Below the pieces are notes generated by a model. It was not told where the DNA came from and ran no database searches. It saw nothing but the letters and a program-made list of their open reading frames with translations. From Eledone cirrhosa (Eukaryota): DNA of 64,000 nucleotides. The DNA is taken from NCBI GenBank assembly GCA_964016885.1, contig OZ024756.1, positions 10,230,001 through 10,294,000 on the forward strand, in the 5' to 3' direction. Below are positions 1 to 15,000 of this stretch, piece by piece (positions within the stretch are counted from its first letter, which is position 1; each line of letters starts with the position of its first letter). The position numbers and the translations under genes were made by a program.

Positions 1-3000
1 AGTAGGAAGACCTGGGATGAGGTGATAAAAGCTTACTTCACACAATTGATGGAAGCTATAGAGTAAGAAGACGTAATTTGAGGTGATAAAAGCTGACTTC
101 ACACAATTGATGGAAGCTATAGAGTAGAAGACCTGGGATGGGGTGATAAAAGCTGACTTCACACAATTGATGGAAGCTATAGAGTAGGAAGACCTAGTTT
201 GAGGTGATAAAAGCTGACTTCACACAATTGATGGAAGCTATAGAGTAGGAAGACCTGGCATGAGGTGATAAAAGCTGACTTCACACAATTGATAGAAGCT
301 ATAGAGTAGGAAGACCTGGGATGAGGTGATAAAAGCCGACTTCACACAATTGATGGAAGCTATGGAATAGGCAGACCTGGGATGAGGTGATAAAAGCTGA
401 CCTCACACAATTGATGGAAGCTATGGAGTAAGAACACCTAGTTTGAGGTGATAAAAGCTGACTTCACACAATTGATGGAAGCTATAGAGTAGGAAGACCT
501 GGGATGAGGTGATAAAAGCTTACTTCACACAATTGATGGAAGCTATAGAGTAAGAAGACGTAATTTGAGGTGATAAAAGCTGACTTCACACAATTGATGG
601 AAGCTATAGAGTAGGAAGACCTGGGATGGGGTGATAAAAGCTGACTTCACACAATTGATGGAAGCTATGGAGTAAGAAGACCTAGTTTGAGGTGATAAAA
701 GCTGACTTCACACAATTGATGGAAGCTATAGAGTAGGAAGACCTGGGATGAGGTGATAAAAGCTGACTTCACACAATTGATGGAAGCTATGGAGTAAGAA
801 GACCTAGTTTGAGGTGATAAAAGCTGACTTCACACAATTGATGGAAGCTATAGAGTAGGAAGACCTGGGATGAGGTGATAAAAGCTGACCTCACACAATT
901 GATGGAAGCAATGGAGTAAGAAGACCTAGTTTGAGGTGATAAAAGCTGACTTCACACAATTGATGGACGCTATAGAGTAAGAAGACGTAATTTGAGGTGA
1001 TAAAAGCTGACTTCACACAATTGATGGAAGCTATAGAGTAGGAAGACCTAATTTGAGGTGATAAAAGCTGACTTCACACAATTGATGGAAGTCATAGAAT
1101 AGGAAGACCTGGGATGAGGTGATAAAAGCTGACTTCACACAATTGATGGAAGCTATAGAGTAGGAAGACCTAGTTTGAGGTGATAAAAGCTGACTTCACA
1201 CAATTGATGGAAGCTATGGAGTAAGAAGACCTAATTTGAGGTGATAAAAGCTGACTTCACACAATTGATGGAAGCTATAGAGTAGGAAGACCTGGGATGG
1301 GGTGATAAAAGCTGACTTCACACAATTGATGGAAGCTATGGAGTAAGAAGACCTAGTTTGAGGTGATAAAAGCTGACTTCACACAATTGATGGAAGCTAT
1401 GGAGTAGGAAGACCTAATTTGAGGTGATAAAAGCTGAGTTCACACAATTGATGGAAGCTATAGAGTAGGAAGACCTGGGATGGGGTGATAAAAGCTGACT
1501 TCACACAATTGATAGAAGCTATAGAGTAGGAAGACCTAGTTTGAGGTGATAAAAGCTGACTTAACACAATTGATGGAAGCTATAGAGTAGGAAGACCTGG
1601 CATGAGGTGATAAAAGCTGACTTCACACAATTGATAGAAGCTATAGAGTAGGAAGACCTGGGATGAGGTGATAAAAGCCGACTTCACACAATTGATGGAA
1701 GCTATGGAATAGGCAGACCTGGGATGAGGTGATAAAAGCTGACCTCACACAATTGATGGAAGCTATGGAGTAAGAACACCTAGTTTGAGGTGATAAAAGC
1801 TGACTTCACACAATTGATGGAAGCTATAGAGTAGGAAGACCTGGGATGAGGTGATAAAAGCTTACTTCACACAATTGATGGAAGCTATAGAGTAAGAAGA
1901 CGTAATTTGAGGTGATAAAAGCTGACTTCACACAATTGATGGAAGCTATAGAGTAGGAAGACCTGGGATGGGGTGATAAAAGCTGACTTCACACAATTGA
2001 TGGAAGCTATGGAGTAAGAAAACCTAGTTTGAGGTGATAAAAGATGACTTCACACAATTGATGGAAGCTATAGAGTAGGAAGACCTGGGATGAGGTGATA
2101 AAAGATGACCTCACACAATTGATGGAAGCTATGGAGTAAGAAGACCTAGTTTGAGGTGATAAAAGCTGATCTCACACAATTGATGGAAGCTATAGAGTAG
2201 GAAGACCTGGGATGAGGTGATAAAAGCTGACTTCACACAATTGATGGAAGCTATGGAGTAAGAAGACCTAGTTTGAGGTGATAAAAGCTGACTTCACACA
2301 ATTGATGGAAGCTATGGAGTAAGAAGACCTAGTTTGAGGTGATAAAAGCTGACTTCACACAATTGATGGAAGCTATAGAGTAGGAAGACCTGGGATGAGG
2401 TGATAAAAGCTGACCTCACACAATTGATGGAAGCAATGGAGTAAGAAGACCTAGTTTGAGGTGATAAAAGCTGACTTCACACAATTGATGGAAGCTATAG
2501 AGTAGGAAGACCTGGCAATGAGGTGATAAAAGCTGACTTCACACAATTGATGGAAGCTATAGAGTAAGAAGACCTAGTTTGAGGTGATAAAAGCTGACTT
2601 CACACAATTGATGGAAGCTATGGAGTAAGAAGACCTAGTTTGAGGTGATAAAAGCTGACTTCACACAATTGATGGAAGCTATGGAGTAAGAAGACCTAGT
2701 TTGAGGTGATAAAAGCTGACTTCACACAATTGATGGAAGTCATAGAATAGGAAGACCTGGGATGAGGTGATAAAAGCTGACTTCACACAATTGATGGAAG
2801 CTATGGAATAGGCAGACCTGGGATGAGGTGATAAAGCTGACCTCACACAATTGATGGAAGCTATAGAGTAGGAAGACCTAGTTTGAGGTGATAAAAGCTG
2901 ACTTCACACAATTGATGGAAGCTATGGAGTAAGAAGACCTAATTTGAGGTGATAAAAGCTGACTTCACACAATTGATGGAAGCTATAGAGTAGGAAGACC

Positions 3001-6000
3001 TGGGATGGGGTGATAAAAGCTGACTTCACACAATTGATGGAAGCTATGGAGTAAGAAGACCTAGTTTGAGGTGATAAAAGCTGACTTCACACAATTGATG
3101 GAAGCTATGGAGTAGGAAGACCTAATTTGAGGTGATAAAAGCTGACTTCACACAATTGATGGAAGCTATAGAGTAGGAAGACCTGGGATGGGGTGATAAA
3201 AGCTGACTTCACACAATTGATGGAAGCTATAGAGTAGGAAGACCTAGTTTGAGGTGATAAAAGCTGACTTCACACAATTGATGGAAGCTATAGAGTAGGA
3301 ACACCTGGCATGAGGTGATAAAAGCTGACTTCACACAATTGATAGAAGCTATAGAGTAGGAAGACCTGGGATGAGGTGATAAAAGCCGACTTCACACAAT
3401 TGATGGAAGCTATGGAATAGGCAGACCTGGGATGAGGTGATAAAAGCTGACCTCACACAATTGATGGAAGCTATGGAGTAAGAACACCTAGTTTGAGGTG
3501 ATAAAAGCTGACTTCACACAATTGATGGAAGCTATAGAGTAAGAAGACGTAATTTGAGGTGATAAAAGCTGACTTCACACAATTGATGGAAGCTATAGAG
3601 TAGGAAGACCTGGGATGGGGTGATAAAAGCTGACTTCACACAATTGATGGAAGCTATGGAGTAGGAAGACCTAATTTGAGGTGATAAAAGCTGACTTCAC
3701 ACAATTGATGGAAGCTATAGAGTAGGAAGACCTGGGATGGGGTGATAAAAGCTGACTTCACACAATTGATGGAAGCTATGGAGTAAGAAGACCTAGTTTG
3801 AGGTGATAAAAGCTGACTTCACACAATTGATGGAAGCTATAGAGTAGGAAGACCTGGGATGAGGTGATAAAAGCTGACTTCACACAATTGATGGAAGCTA
3901 TAGAGTAGGAAGACCTAGTTTGAGGTGATAAAAGCTGACTTCACACAATTGATGGAAGCTATGGAGTAAGAAGACCTAGTTTGAGGTGATAAAAGCTGAT
4001 CTCACACAATTGATGGAAGCTATAGAGTAGGAAGACCTGGGGTGAGGTGATAAAAGCTGACTTCACACAATTGATGGAAGCTATGGAGTAAGAAGACCTA
4101 GTTTGAGGTGATAAAAGCTGACTTCAAACAATTGATGGAAGCTATAGAGTAGGAAGACCTAGTTTGAGGTGATAAAAGCTGACTTCACACAATTGATGGA
4201 AGCTATGGAGTAAGAAGACCTAATTTGAGGTGATAAAAGCTGACTTCACACAATTGATGGAAGCTATAGAGTAGGAAGACCTGGGATGGGGTGATAAAAG
4301 CTGACTTCACACAATTGATGGAAGCTATGGAGTAAGAAGACCTAGTTTGAGGTGATAAAAGCTGACTTCACACAATTGATGGAAGCTATGGAGTAGGAAG
4401 ACCTAATTTGAGGTGATAAAAGCTGACTTCACACAATTGATGGAAGCTATAGAGTAGGAAGACCTGGGATGGGGTGATAAAAGCTGACTTCACACAATTG
4501 ATGGAAGCTATAGAGTAGGAAGACCTAGTTTGAGGTGATAAAAGCTGACTTCACACAATTGATGGAAGCTATAGAGTAGGAACACCTGGCATGAGGTGAT
4601 AAAAGCTGACTTCACACAATTGATAGAAGCTATAGAGTAGGAAGACCTGGGATGAGGTGATAAAAGCCGACTTCACACAATTGATGGAAGCTATGGAATA
4701 GGCAGACCTGGGATGAGGTGATAAAAGCTGACCTCACACAATTGATGGAAGCTATGGAGTAAGAACACCTAGTTTGAGGTGATAAAAGCTGACTTCACAC
4801 AATTGATGGAAGCTATAGAGTAGGAAGACCTGGGATGAGGTGATAAAAGCTTACTTCACACAATTGATGGAAGCTATAGAGTAAGAAGACGTAATTTGAG
4901 GTGATAAAAGCTGACTTCACACAATTGATGGAAGCTATAGAGTAGAAGACCTGGGATGGGGTGATAAAAGCTGACTTCACACAATTGATGGAAGCTATAG
5001 AGTAGGAAGACCTAGTTTGAGGTGATAAAAGCTGACTTCACACAATTGATGGAAGCTATAGAGTAGGAAGACCTGGCATGAGGTGATAAAAGCTGACTTC
5101 ACACAATTGATAGAAGCTATAGAGTAGGAAGACCTGGGATGAGGTGATAAAAGCCGACTTCACACAATTGATGGAAGCTATGGAATAGGCAGACCTGGGA
5201 TGAGGTGATAAAAGCTGACCTCACACAATTGATGGAAGCTATGGAGTAAGAACACCTAGTTTGAGGTGATAAAAGCTGACTTCACACAATTGATGGAAGC
5301 TATAGAGTAGGAAGACCTGGGATGAGGTGATAAAAGCTTACTTCACACAATTGATGGAAGCTATAGAGTAAGAAGACGTAATTTGAGGTGATAAAAGCTG
5401 ACTTCACACAATTGATGGAAGCTATAGAGTAGGAAGACCTGGGATGGGGTGATAAAAGCTGACTTCACACAATTGATGGAAGCTATGGAGTAAGAAGACC
5501 TAGTTTGAGGTGATAAAAGCTGACTTCACACAATTGATGGAAGCTATAGAGTAGGAAGACCTGGGATGAGGTGATAAAAGCTGACTTCACACAATTGATG
5601 GAAGCTATGGAGTAAGAAGACCTAGTTTGAGGTGATAAAAGCTGACTTCACACAATTGATGGAAGCTATAGAGTAGGAAGACCTGGGATGAGGTGATAAA
5701 AGCTGACCTCACACAATTGATGGAAGCAATGGAGTAAGAAGACCTAGTTTGAGGTGATAAAAGCTGACTTCACACAATTGATGGACGCTATAGAGTAAGA
5801 AGACGTAATTTGAGGTGATAAAAGCTGACTTCACACAATTGATGGAAGCTATAGAGTAGGAAGACCTAATTTGAGGTGATAAAAGCTGACTTCACACAAT
5901 TGATGGAAGTCATAGAATAGGAAGACCTGGGATGAGGTGATAAAAGCTGACTTCACACAATTGATGGAAGCTATAGAGTAGGAAGACCTAGTTTGAGGTG

Positions 6001-9000
6001 ATAAAAGCTGACTTCACACAATTGATGGAAGCTATGGAGTAAGAAGACCTAATTTGAGGTGATAAAAGCTGACTTCACACAATTGATGGAAGCTATAGAG
6101 TAGGAAGACCTGGGATGGGGTGATAAAAGCTGACTTCACACAATTGATGGAAGCTATGGAGTAAGAAGACCTAGTTTGAGGTGATAAAAGCTGACTTCAC
6201 ACAATTGATGGAAGCTATGGAGTAGGAAGACCTAATTTGAGGTGATAAAAGCTGACTTCACACAATTGATGGAAGCTATAGAGTAGGAAGACCTGGGATG
6301 GGGTGATAAAAGCTGACTTCACACAATTGATGGAAGCTATAGAGTAGGAAGACCTAGTTTGAGGTGATAAAAGCTGACTTCACACAATTGATGGAAGCTA
6401 TAGAGTAGGAACACCTGGCATGAGGTGATAAAAGCTGACTTCACACAATTGATAGAAGCTATAGAGTAGGAAGACCTGGGATGAGGTGATAAAAGCCGAC
6501 TTCACACAATTGATGGAAGCTATGGAATAGGCAGACCTGGGATGAGGTGATAAAAGCTGACCTCACACAATTGATGGAAGCTATGGAGTAAGAACACCTA
6601 GTTTGAGGTGATAAAAGCTGACTTCACACAATTGATGGAAGCTATAGAGTAGGAAGACCTGGGATGAGGTGATAAAAGCTTACTTCACACAATTGATGGA
6701 AGCTATAGAGTAAGAAGACGTAATTTGAGGTGATAAAAGCTGACTTCACACAATTGATGGAAGCTATAGAGTAGAAGACCTGGGATGGGGTGATAAAAGC
6801 TGACTTCACACAATTGATGGAAGCTATAGAGTAGGAAGACCTAGTTTGAGGTGATAAAAGCTGACTTCACACAATTGATGGAAGCTATAGAGTAGGAAGA
6901 CCTGGCATGAGGTGATAAAAGCTGACTTCACACAATTGATAGAAGCTATAGAGTAGGAAGACCTGGGATGAGGTGATAAAAGCCGACTTCACACAATTGA
7001 TGGAAGCTATGGAATAGGCAGACCTGGGATGAGGTGATAAAAGCTGACCTCACACAATTGATGGAAGCTATGGAGTAAGAACACCTAGTTTGAGGTGATA
7101 AAAGCTGACTTCACACAATTGATGGAAGCTATAGAGTAGGAAGACCTGGGATGAGGTGATAAAAGCTTACTTCACACAATTGATGGAAGCTATAGAGTAA
7201 GAAGACGTAATTTGAGGTGATAAAAGCTGACTTCACACAATTGATGGAAGCTATAGAGTAGGAAGACCTGGGATGGGGTGATAAAAGCTGACTTCACACA
7301 ATTGATGGAAGCTATGGAGTAAGAAGACCTAGTTTGAGGTGATAAAAGCTGACTTCACACAATTGATGGAAGCTATAGAGTAGGAAGACCTGGGATGAGG
7401 TGATAAAAGCTGACTTCACACAATTGATGGAAGCTATGGAGTAAGAAGACCTAGTTTGAGGTGATAAAAGCTGACTTCACACAATTGATGGAAGCTATAG
7501 AGTAGGAAGACCTGGGATGAGGTGATAAAAGCTGACCTCACACAATTGATGGAAGCAATGGAGTAAGAAGACCTAGTTTGAGGTGATAAAAGCTGACTTC
7601 ACACAATTGATGGACGCTATAGAGTAAGAAGACGTAATTTGAGGTGATAAAAGCTGACTTCACACAATTGATGGAAGCTATAGAGTAGGAAGACCTAATT
7701 TGAGGTGATAAAAGCTGACTTCACACAATTGATGGAAGTCATAGAATAGGAAGACCTGGGATGAGGTGATAAAAGCTGACTTCACACAATTGATGGAAGC
7801 TATAGAGTAGGAAGACCTAGTTTGAGGTGATAAAAGCTGACTTCACACAATTGATGGAAGCTATGGAGTAAGAAGACCTAATTTGAGGTGATAAAAGCTG
7901 ACTTCACACAATTGATGGAAGCTATAGAGTAGGAAGACCTGGGATGGGGTGATAAAAGCTGACTTCACACAATTGATGGAAGCTATGGAGTAAGAAGACC
8001 TAGTTTGAGGTGATAAAAGCTGACTTCACACAATTGATGGAAGCTATGGAGTAGGAAGACCTAATTTGAGGTGATAAAAGCTGAGTTCACACAATTGATG
8101 GAAGCTATAGAGTAGGAAGACCTGGGATGGGGTGATAAAAGCTGACTTCACACAATTGATAGAAGCTATAGAGTAGGAAGACCTAGTTTGAGGTGATAAA
8201 AGCTGACTTAACACAATTGATGGAAGCTATAGAGTAGGAAGACCTGGCATGAGGTGATAAAAGCTGACTTCACACAATTGATAGAAGCTATAGAGTAGGA
8301 AGACCTGGGATGAGGTGATAAAAGCCGACTTCACACAATTGATGGAAGCTATGGAATAGGCAGACCTGGGATGAGGTGATAAAAGCTGACCTCACACAAT
8401 TGATGGAAGCTATGGAGTAAGAACACCTAGTTTGAGGTGATAAAAGCTGACTTCACACAATTGATGGAAGCTATAGAGTAGGAAGACCTGGGATGAGGTG
8501 ATAAAAGCTTACTTCACACAATTGATGGAAGCTATAGAGTAAGAAGACGTAATTTGAGGTGATAAAAGCTGACTTCACACAATTGATGGAAGCTATAGAG
8601 TAGGAAGACCTGGGATGGGGTGATAAAAGCTGACTTCACACAATTGATGGAAGCTATGGAGTAAGAAAACCTAGTTTGAGGTGATAAAAGATGACTTCAC
8701 ACAATTGATGGAAGCTATAGAGTAGGAAGACCTGGGATGAGGTGATAAAAGATGACCTCACACAATTGATGGAAGCTATGGAGTAAGAAGACCTAGTTTG
8801 AGGTGATAAAAGCTGATCTCACACAATTGATGGAAGCTATAGAGTAGGAAGACCTGGGATGAGGTGATAAAAGCTGACTTCACACAATTGATGGAAGCTA
8901 TGGAGTAAGAAGACCTAGTTTGAGGTGATAAAAGCTGACTTCACACAATTGATGGAAGCTATAGAGTAGGAAGACCTGGGATGAGGTGATAAAAGCTGAC

Positions 9001-12000
9001 TTCACACAATTGATGGAAGCTATGGAGTAAGAAGACCTAGTTTGAGGTGATAAAAGCTGACTTCACACAATTGATGGAAGCTATAGAGTAGGAAGACCTG
9101 GGATGAGGTGATAAAAGCTGACCTCACACAATTGATGGAAGCAATGGAGTAAGAAGACCTAGTTTGAGGTGATAAAAGCTGACTTCACACAATTGATGGA
9201 AGCTATAGAGTAGGAAGACCTGGCAATGAGGTGATAAAAGCTGACTTCACACAATTGATGGAAGCTATAGAGTAAGAAGACCTAGTTTGAGGTGATAAAA
9301 GCTGACTTCACACAATTGATGGAAGCTATGGAGTAAGAAGACCTAGTTTGAGGTGATAAAAGCTGACTTCACACAATTGATGGAAGCTATGGAGTAAGAA
9401 GACCTAGTTTGAGGTGATAAAAGCTGACTTCACACAATTGATGGAAGTCATAGAATAGGAAGACCTGGGATGAGGTGATAAAAGCTGACTTCACACAATT
9501 GATGGAAGCTATGGAATAGGCAGACCTGGGATGAGGTGATAAAGCTGACCTCACACAATTGATGGAAGCTATAGAGTAGGAAGACCTAGTTTGAGGTGAT
9601 AAAAGCTGACTTCACACAATTGATGGAAGCTATGGAGTAAGAAGACCTAATTTGAGGTGATAAAAGCTGACTTCACACAATTGATGGAAGCTATAGAGTA
9701 GGAAGACCTGGGATGGGGTGATAAAAGCTGACTTCACACAATTGATGGAAGCTATGGAGTAAGAAGACCTAGTTTGAGGTGATAAAAGCTGACTTCACAC
9801 AATTGATGGAAGCTATAGAGTAGGAAGACCTGGGATGGGGTGATAAAAGCTGACTTCACACAATTGATGGAAGCTATAGAGTAGGAAGACCTAGTTTGAG
9901 GTGATAAAAGCTGACTTCACACAATTGATGGAAGCTATAGAGTAGGAACACCTGGCATGAGGTGATAAAAGCTGACTTCACACAATTGATAGAAGCTATA
10001 GAGTAGGAAGACCTGGGATGAGGTGATAAAAGCCGACTTCACACAATTGATGGAAGCTATGGAATAGGCAGACCTGGGATGAGGTGATAAAAGCTGACCT
10101 CACACAATTGATGGAAGCTATGGAGTAAGAACACCTAGTTTGAGGTGATAAAAGCTGACTTCACACAATTGATGGAAGCTATAGAGTAAGAAGACGTAAT
10201 TTGAGGTGATAAAAGCTGACTTCACACAATTGATGGAAGCTATAGAGTAGGAAGACCTGGGATGGGGTGATAAAAGCTGACTTCACACAATTGATGGAAG
10301 CTATGGAGTAGGAAGACCTAATTTGAGGTGATAAAAGCTGACTTCACACAATTGATGGAAGCTATAGAGTAGGAAGACCTGGGATGGGGTGATAAAAGCT
10401 GACTTCACACAATTGATGGAAGCTATGGAGTAAGAAGACCTAGTTTGAGGTGATAAAAGCTGACTTCACACAATTGATGGAAGCTATAGAGTAGGAAGAC
10501 CTGGGATGAGGTGATAAAAGCTGACTTCACACAATTGATGGAAGCTATAGAGTAGGAAGACCTAGTTTGAGGTGATAAAAGCTGACTTCACACAATTGAT
10601 GGAAGCTATGGAGTAAGAAGACCTAGTTTGAGGTGATAAAAGCTGATCTCACACAATTGATGGAAGCTATAGAGTAGGAAGACCTGGGGTGAGGTGATAA
10701 AAGCTGACTTCACACAATTGATGGAAGCTATGGAGTAAGAAGACCTAGTTTGAGGTGATAAAAGCTGACTTCAAACAATTGATGGAAGCTATAGAGTAGG
10801 AAGACCTAGTTTGAGGTGATAAAAGCTGACTTCACACAATTGATGGAAGCTATAGAGTAGGAAGACCTGGGATGAGGTGACTTCACACAATTGATGGAAG
10901 CTATAGAGTAGGAAGACCTGGGATGAGGTGATAAAAGCTGACTTCACACAATTGATGGAAGCTATGGAGTAAGAAGACCTAGTTTGAGGTGATAAAAGCT
11001 GATCTCACACAATTGATGGAAGCTATAGAGTAGGAAGACCTGGGATGAGGTGATAAAAGCTGACTTCACACAATTGATGGAAGCTATGAAGTAAGAAGAC
11101 CTAGTTTGAGGTGATAAAAGCTGACTTCACACAATTGATGGAAGCTATAGAGTAGGAAGACCTGGGATGAGGTGATAAAAGCTGACCTCACACAATTGAT
11201 GGAAGCTATGGAGTAAGAAGACCTGGGATGAGGTGATAAAAGCTGATCTCACACAATTGATGGAAGCTATAGAGTAGGAAGACCTAGTTTGAGGTGATAA
11301 AAGCTGACTTCACACAATTGATGGAAGCTATAGAGTAGGAAGACTTGGGATGAGGTGATAAAAGCTGACCTCACACAATTGATGGAAGCTATGGAGTAAG
11401 AAGACCTAGTTTGAGGTGATAAAAGCTGACTTCACACAATTGATGGAAGCTATAGAGTAGGAAGACCTGGGATGAGGTGATAAAAGCTGACTTCACACAA
11501 TTGATGGACGCTATAGAGTAAGAAGACGTAATTTGAGGTGATAAAAGCTGACTTCACACAATTGATGGAAGCTATGGAGTAAGAAGACCTAGTTTGAGGT
11601 GATAAAAGCTGACTTCACACAATTGATGGAAGCTATGGAGTAAGAAGACCTAGTTTGAGGTGATAAAAGCTGACTTCACACAATTGATGGAAGCTATAGA
11701 GTAGGAAGACCTGGGATGAGGTGATAAAAGCTGACTTCACACAATTGATGGAAGCTATAGAGTAAGAAGACCTAGTTTGAGGTGATAAAAGCTGACTTCA
11801 CACAATTGATGGAAGCTATGGAGTAAGAAGACCTAGTTTGAGGTGATAAAAGCTGACTTCACACAATTGATGGAAGCTATGGAGTAGGAAGACCTAATTT
11901 GAGGTGATAAAAGCTGACTTCACACAATTGATGGAAGCTATAGAGTAGGAAGACCTGGGATGGGGTGATAAAAGCTGACTTCACACAATTGATGGAAGCT

Positions 12001-15000
12001 ATAGAGTAGGAAGACCTAGTTTGAGGTGATAAAAGCTGACTTCACACAATTGATGGAAGCTATAGAGTAGGAACACCTGGCATGAGGTGATAAAAGCTGA
12101 CTTCACACAATTGATAGAAGCTATAGAGTAGGAAGACCTGGGATGAGGTGATAAAAGCCGACTTCACACAATTGATGGAAGCTATGGAATAGGCAGACCT
12201 GGGATGAGGTGATAAAAGCTGACCTCACACAATTGATGGAAGCTATGGAGTAAGAACACCTAGTTTGAGGTGATAAAAGCTGACTTCACACAATTGATGG
12301 AAGCTATAGAGTAGGAAGACCTGGGATGAGGTGATAAAAGCTTACTTCACACAATTGATGGAAGCTATAGAGTAAGAAGACGTAATTTGAGGTGATAAAA
12401 GCTGACTTCACACAATTGATGGAAGCTATAGAGTAGAAGACCTGGGATGGGGTGATAAAAGCTGACTTCACACAATTGATGGAAGCTATAGAGTAGGAAG
12501 ACCTAGTTTGAGGTGATAAAAGCTGACTTCACACAATTGATGGAAGCTATAGAGTAGGAAGACCTGGCATGAGGTGATAAAAGCTGACTTCACACAATTG
12601 ATAGAAGCTATAGAGTAGGAAGACCTGGGATGAGGTGATAAAAGCCGACTTCACACAATTGATGGAAGCTATGGAATAGGCAGACCTGGGATGAGGTGAT
12701 AAAAGCTGACCTCACACAATTGATGGAAGCTATGGAGTAAGAACACCTAGTTTGAGGTGATAAAAGCTGACTTCACACAATTGATGGAAGCTATAGAGTA
12801 GGAAGACCTGGGATGAGGTGATAAAAGCTTACTTCACACAATTGATGGAAGCTATAGAGTAAGAAGACGTAATTTGAGGTGATAAAAGCTGACTTCACAC
12901 AATTGATGGAAGCTATAGAGTAGGAAGACCTGGGATGGGGTGATAAAAGCTGACTTCACACAATTGATGGAAGCTATGGAGTAAGAAGACCTAGTTTGAG
13001 GTGATAAAAGCTGACTTCACACAATTGATGGAAGCTATAGAGTAGGAAGACCTGGGATGAGGTGATAAAAGCTGACTTCACACAATTGATGGAAGCTATG
13101 GAGTAAGAAGACCTAGTTTGAGGTGATAAAAGCTGACTTCACACAATTGATGGAAGCTATAGAGTAGGAAGACCTGGGATGAGGTGATAAAAGCTGACCT
13201 CACACAATTGATGGAAGCAATGGAGTAAGAAGACCTAGTTTGAGGTGATAAAAGCTGACTTCACACAATTGATGGACGCTATAGAGTAAGAAGACGTAAT
13301 TTGAGGTGATAAAAGCTGACTTCACACAATTGATGGAAGCTATAGAGTAGGAAGACCTAATTTGAGGTGATAAAAGCTGACTTCACACAATTGATGGAAG
13401 TCATAGAATAGGAAGACCTGGGATGAGGTGATAAAAGCTGACTTCACACAATTGATGGAAGCTATAGAGTAGGAAGACCTGGGATGGGGTGATAAAAGCT
13501 GACTTCACACAATTGATGGAAGCTATGGAGTAAGAAGACCTAGTTTGAGGTGATAAAAGCTGACTTCACACAATTGATGGAAGCTATGGAGTAGGAAGAC
13601 CTAATTTGAGGTGATAAAAGCTGACTTCACACAATTGATGGAAGCTATAGAGTAGGAAGACCTGGGATGGGGTGATAAAAGCTGACTTCACACAATTGAT
13701 GGAAGCTATAGAGTAGGAAGACCTAGTTTGAGGTGATAAAAGCTGACTTCACACAATTGATGGAAGCTATAGAGTAGGAACACCTGGCATGAGGTGATAA
13801 AAGCTGACTTCACACAATTGATAGAAGCTATAGAGTAGGAAGACCTGGGATGAGGTGATAAAAGCCGACTTCACACAATTGATGGAAGCTATGGAATAGG
13901 CAGACCTGGGATGAGGTGATAAAAGCTGACCTCACACAATTGATGGAAGCTATGGAGTAAGAACACCTAGTTTGAGGTGATAAAAGCTGACTTCACACAA
14001 TTGATGGAAGCTATAGAGTAGGAAGACCTGGGATGAGGTGATAAAAGCTTACTTCACACAATTGATGGAAGCTATAGAGTAAGAAGACGTAATTTGAGGT
14101 GATAAAAGCTGACTTCACACAATTGATGGAAGCTATAGAGTAGAAGACCTGGGATGGGGTGATAAAAGCTAACTTCACACAATTGATGGAAGCTATAGAG
14201 TAGGAAGACCTAGTTTGAGGTGATAAAAGCTGACTTCACACAATTGATGGAAGCTATAGAGTAGGAAGACCTGGCATGAGGTGATAAAAGCTGACTTCAC
14301 ACAATTGATAGAAGCTATAGAGTAGGAAGACCTGGGATGAGGTGATAAAAGCCGACTTCACACAATTGATGGAAGCTATGGAATAGGCAGACCTGGGATG
14401 AGGTGATAAAAGCTGACCTCACACAATTGATGGAAGCTATGGAGTAAGAACACCTAGTTTGAGGTGATAAAAGCTGACTTCACACAATTGATGGAAGCTA
14501 TAGAGTAGGAAGACCTGGGATGAGGTGATAAAAGCTTACTTCACACAATTGATGGAAGCTATAGAGTAAGAAGACGTAATTTGAGGTGATAAAAGCTGAC
14601 TTCACACAATTGATGGAAGCTATAGAGTAGGAAGACCTGGGATGGGGTGATAAAAGCTGACTTCACACAATTGATGGAAGCTATGGAGTAAGAAGACCTA
14701 GTTTGAGGTGATAAAAGCTGACTTCACACAATTGATGGAAGCTATAGAGTAGGAAGACCTGGGATGAGGTGATAAAAGCTGACTTCACACAATTGATGGA
14801 AGCTATGGAGTAAGAAGACCTAGTTTGAGGTGATAAAAGCTGACTTCACACAATTGATGGAAGCTATAGAGTAGGAAGACCTGGGATGAGGTGATAAAAG
14901 CTGACCTCACACAATTGATGGAAGCAATGGAGTAAGAAGACCTAGTTTGAGGTGATAAAAGCTGACTTCACACAATTGATGGACGCTATAGAGTAAGAAG

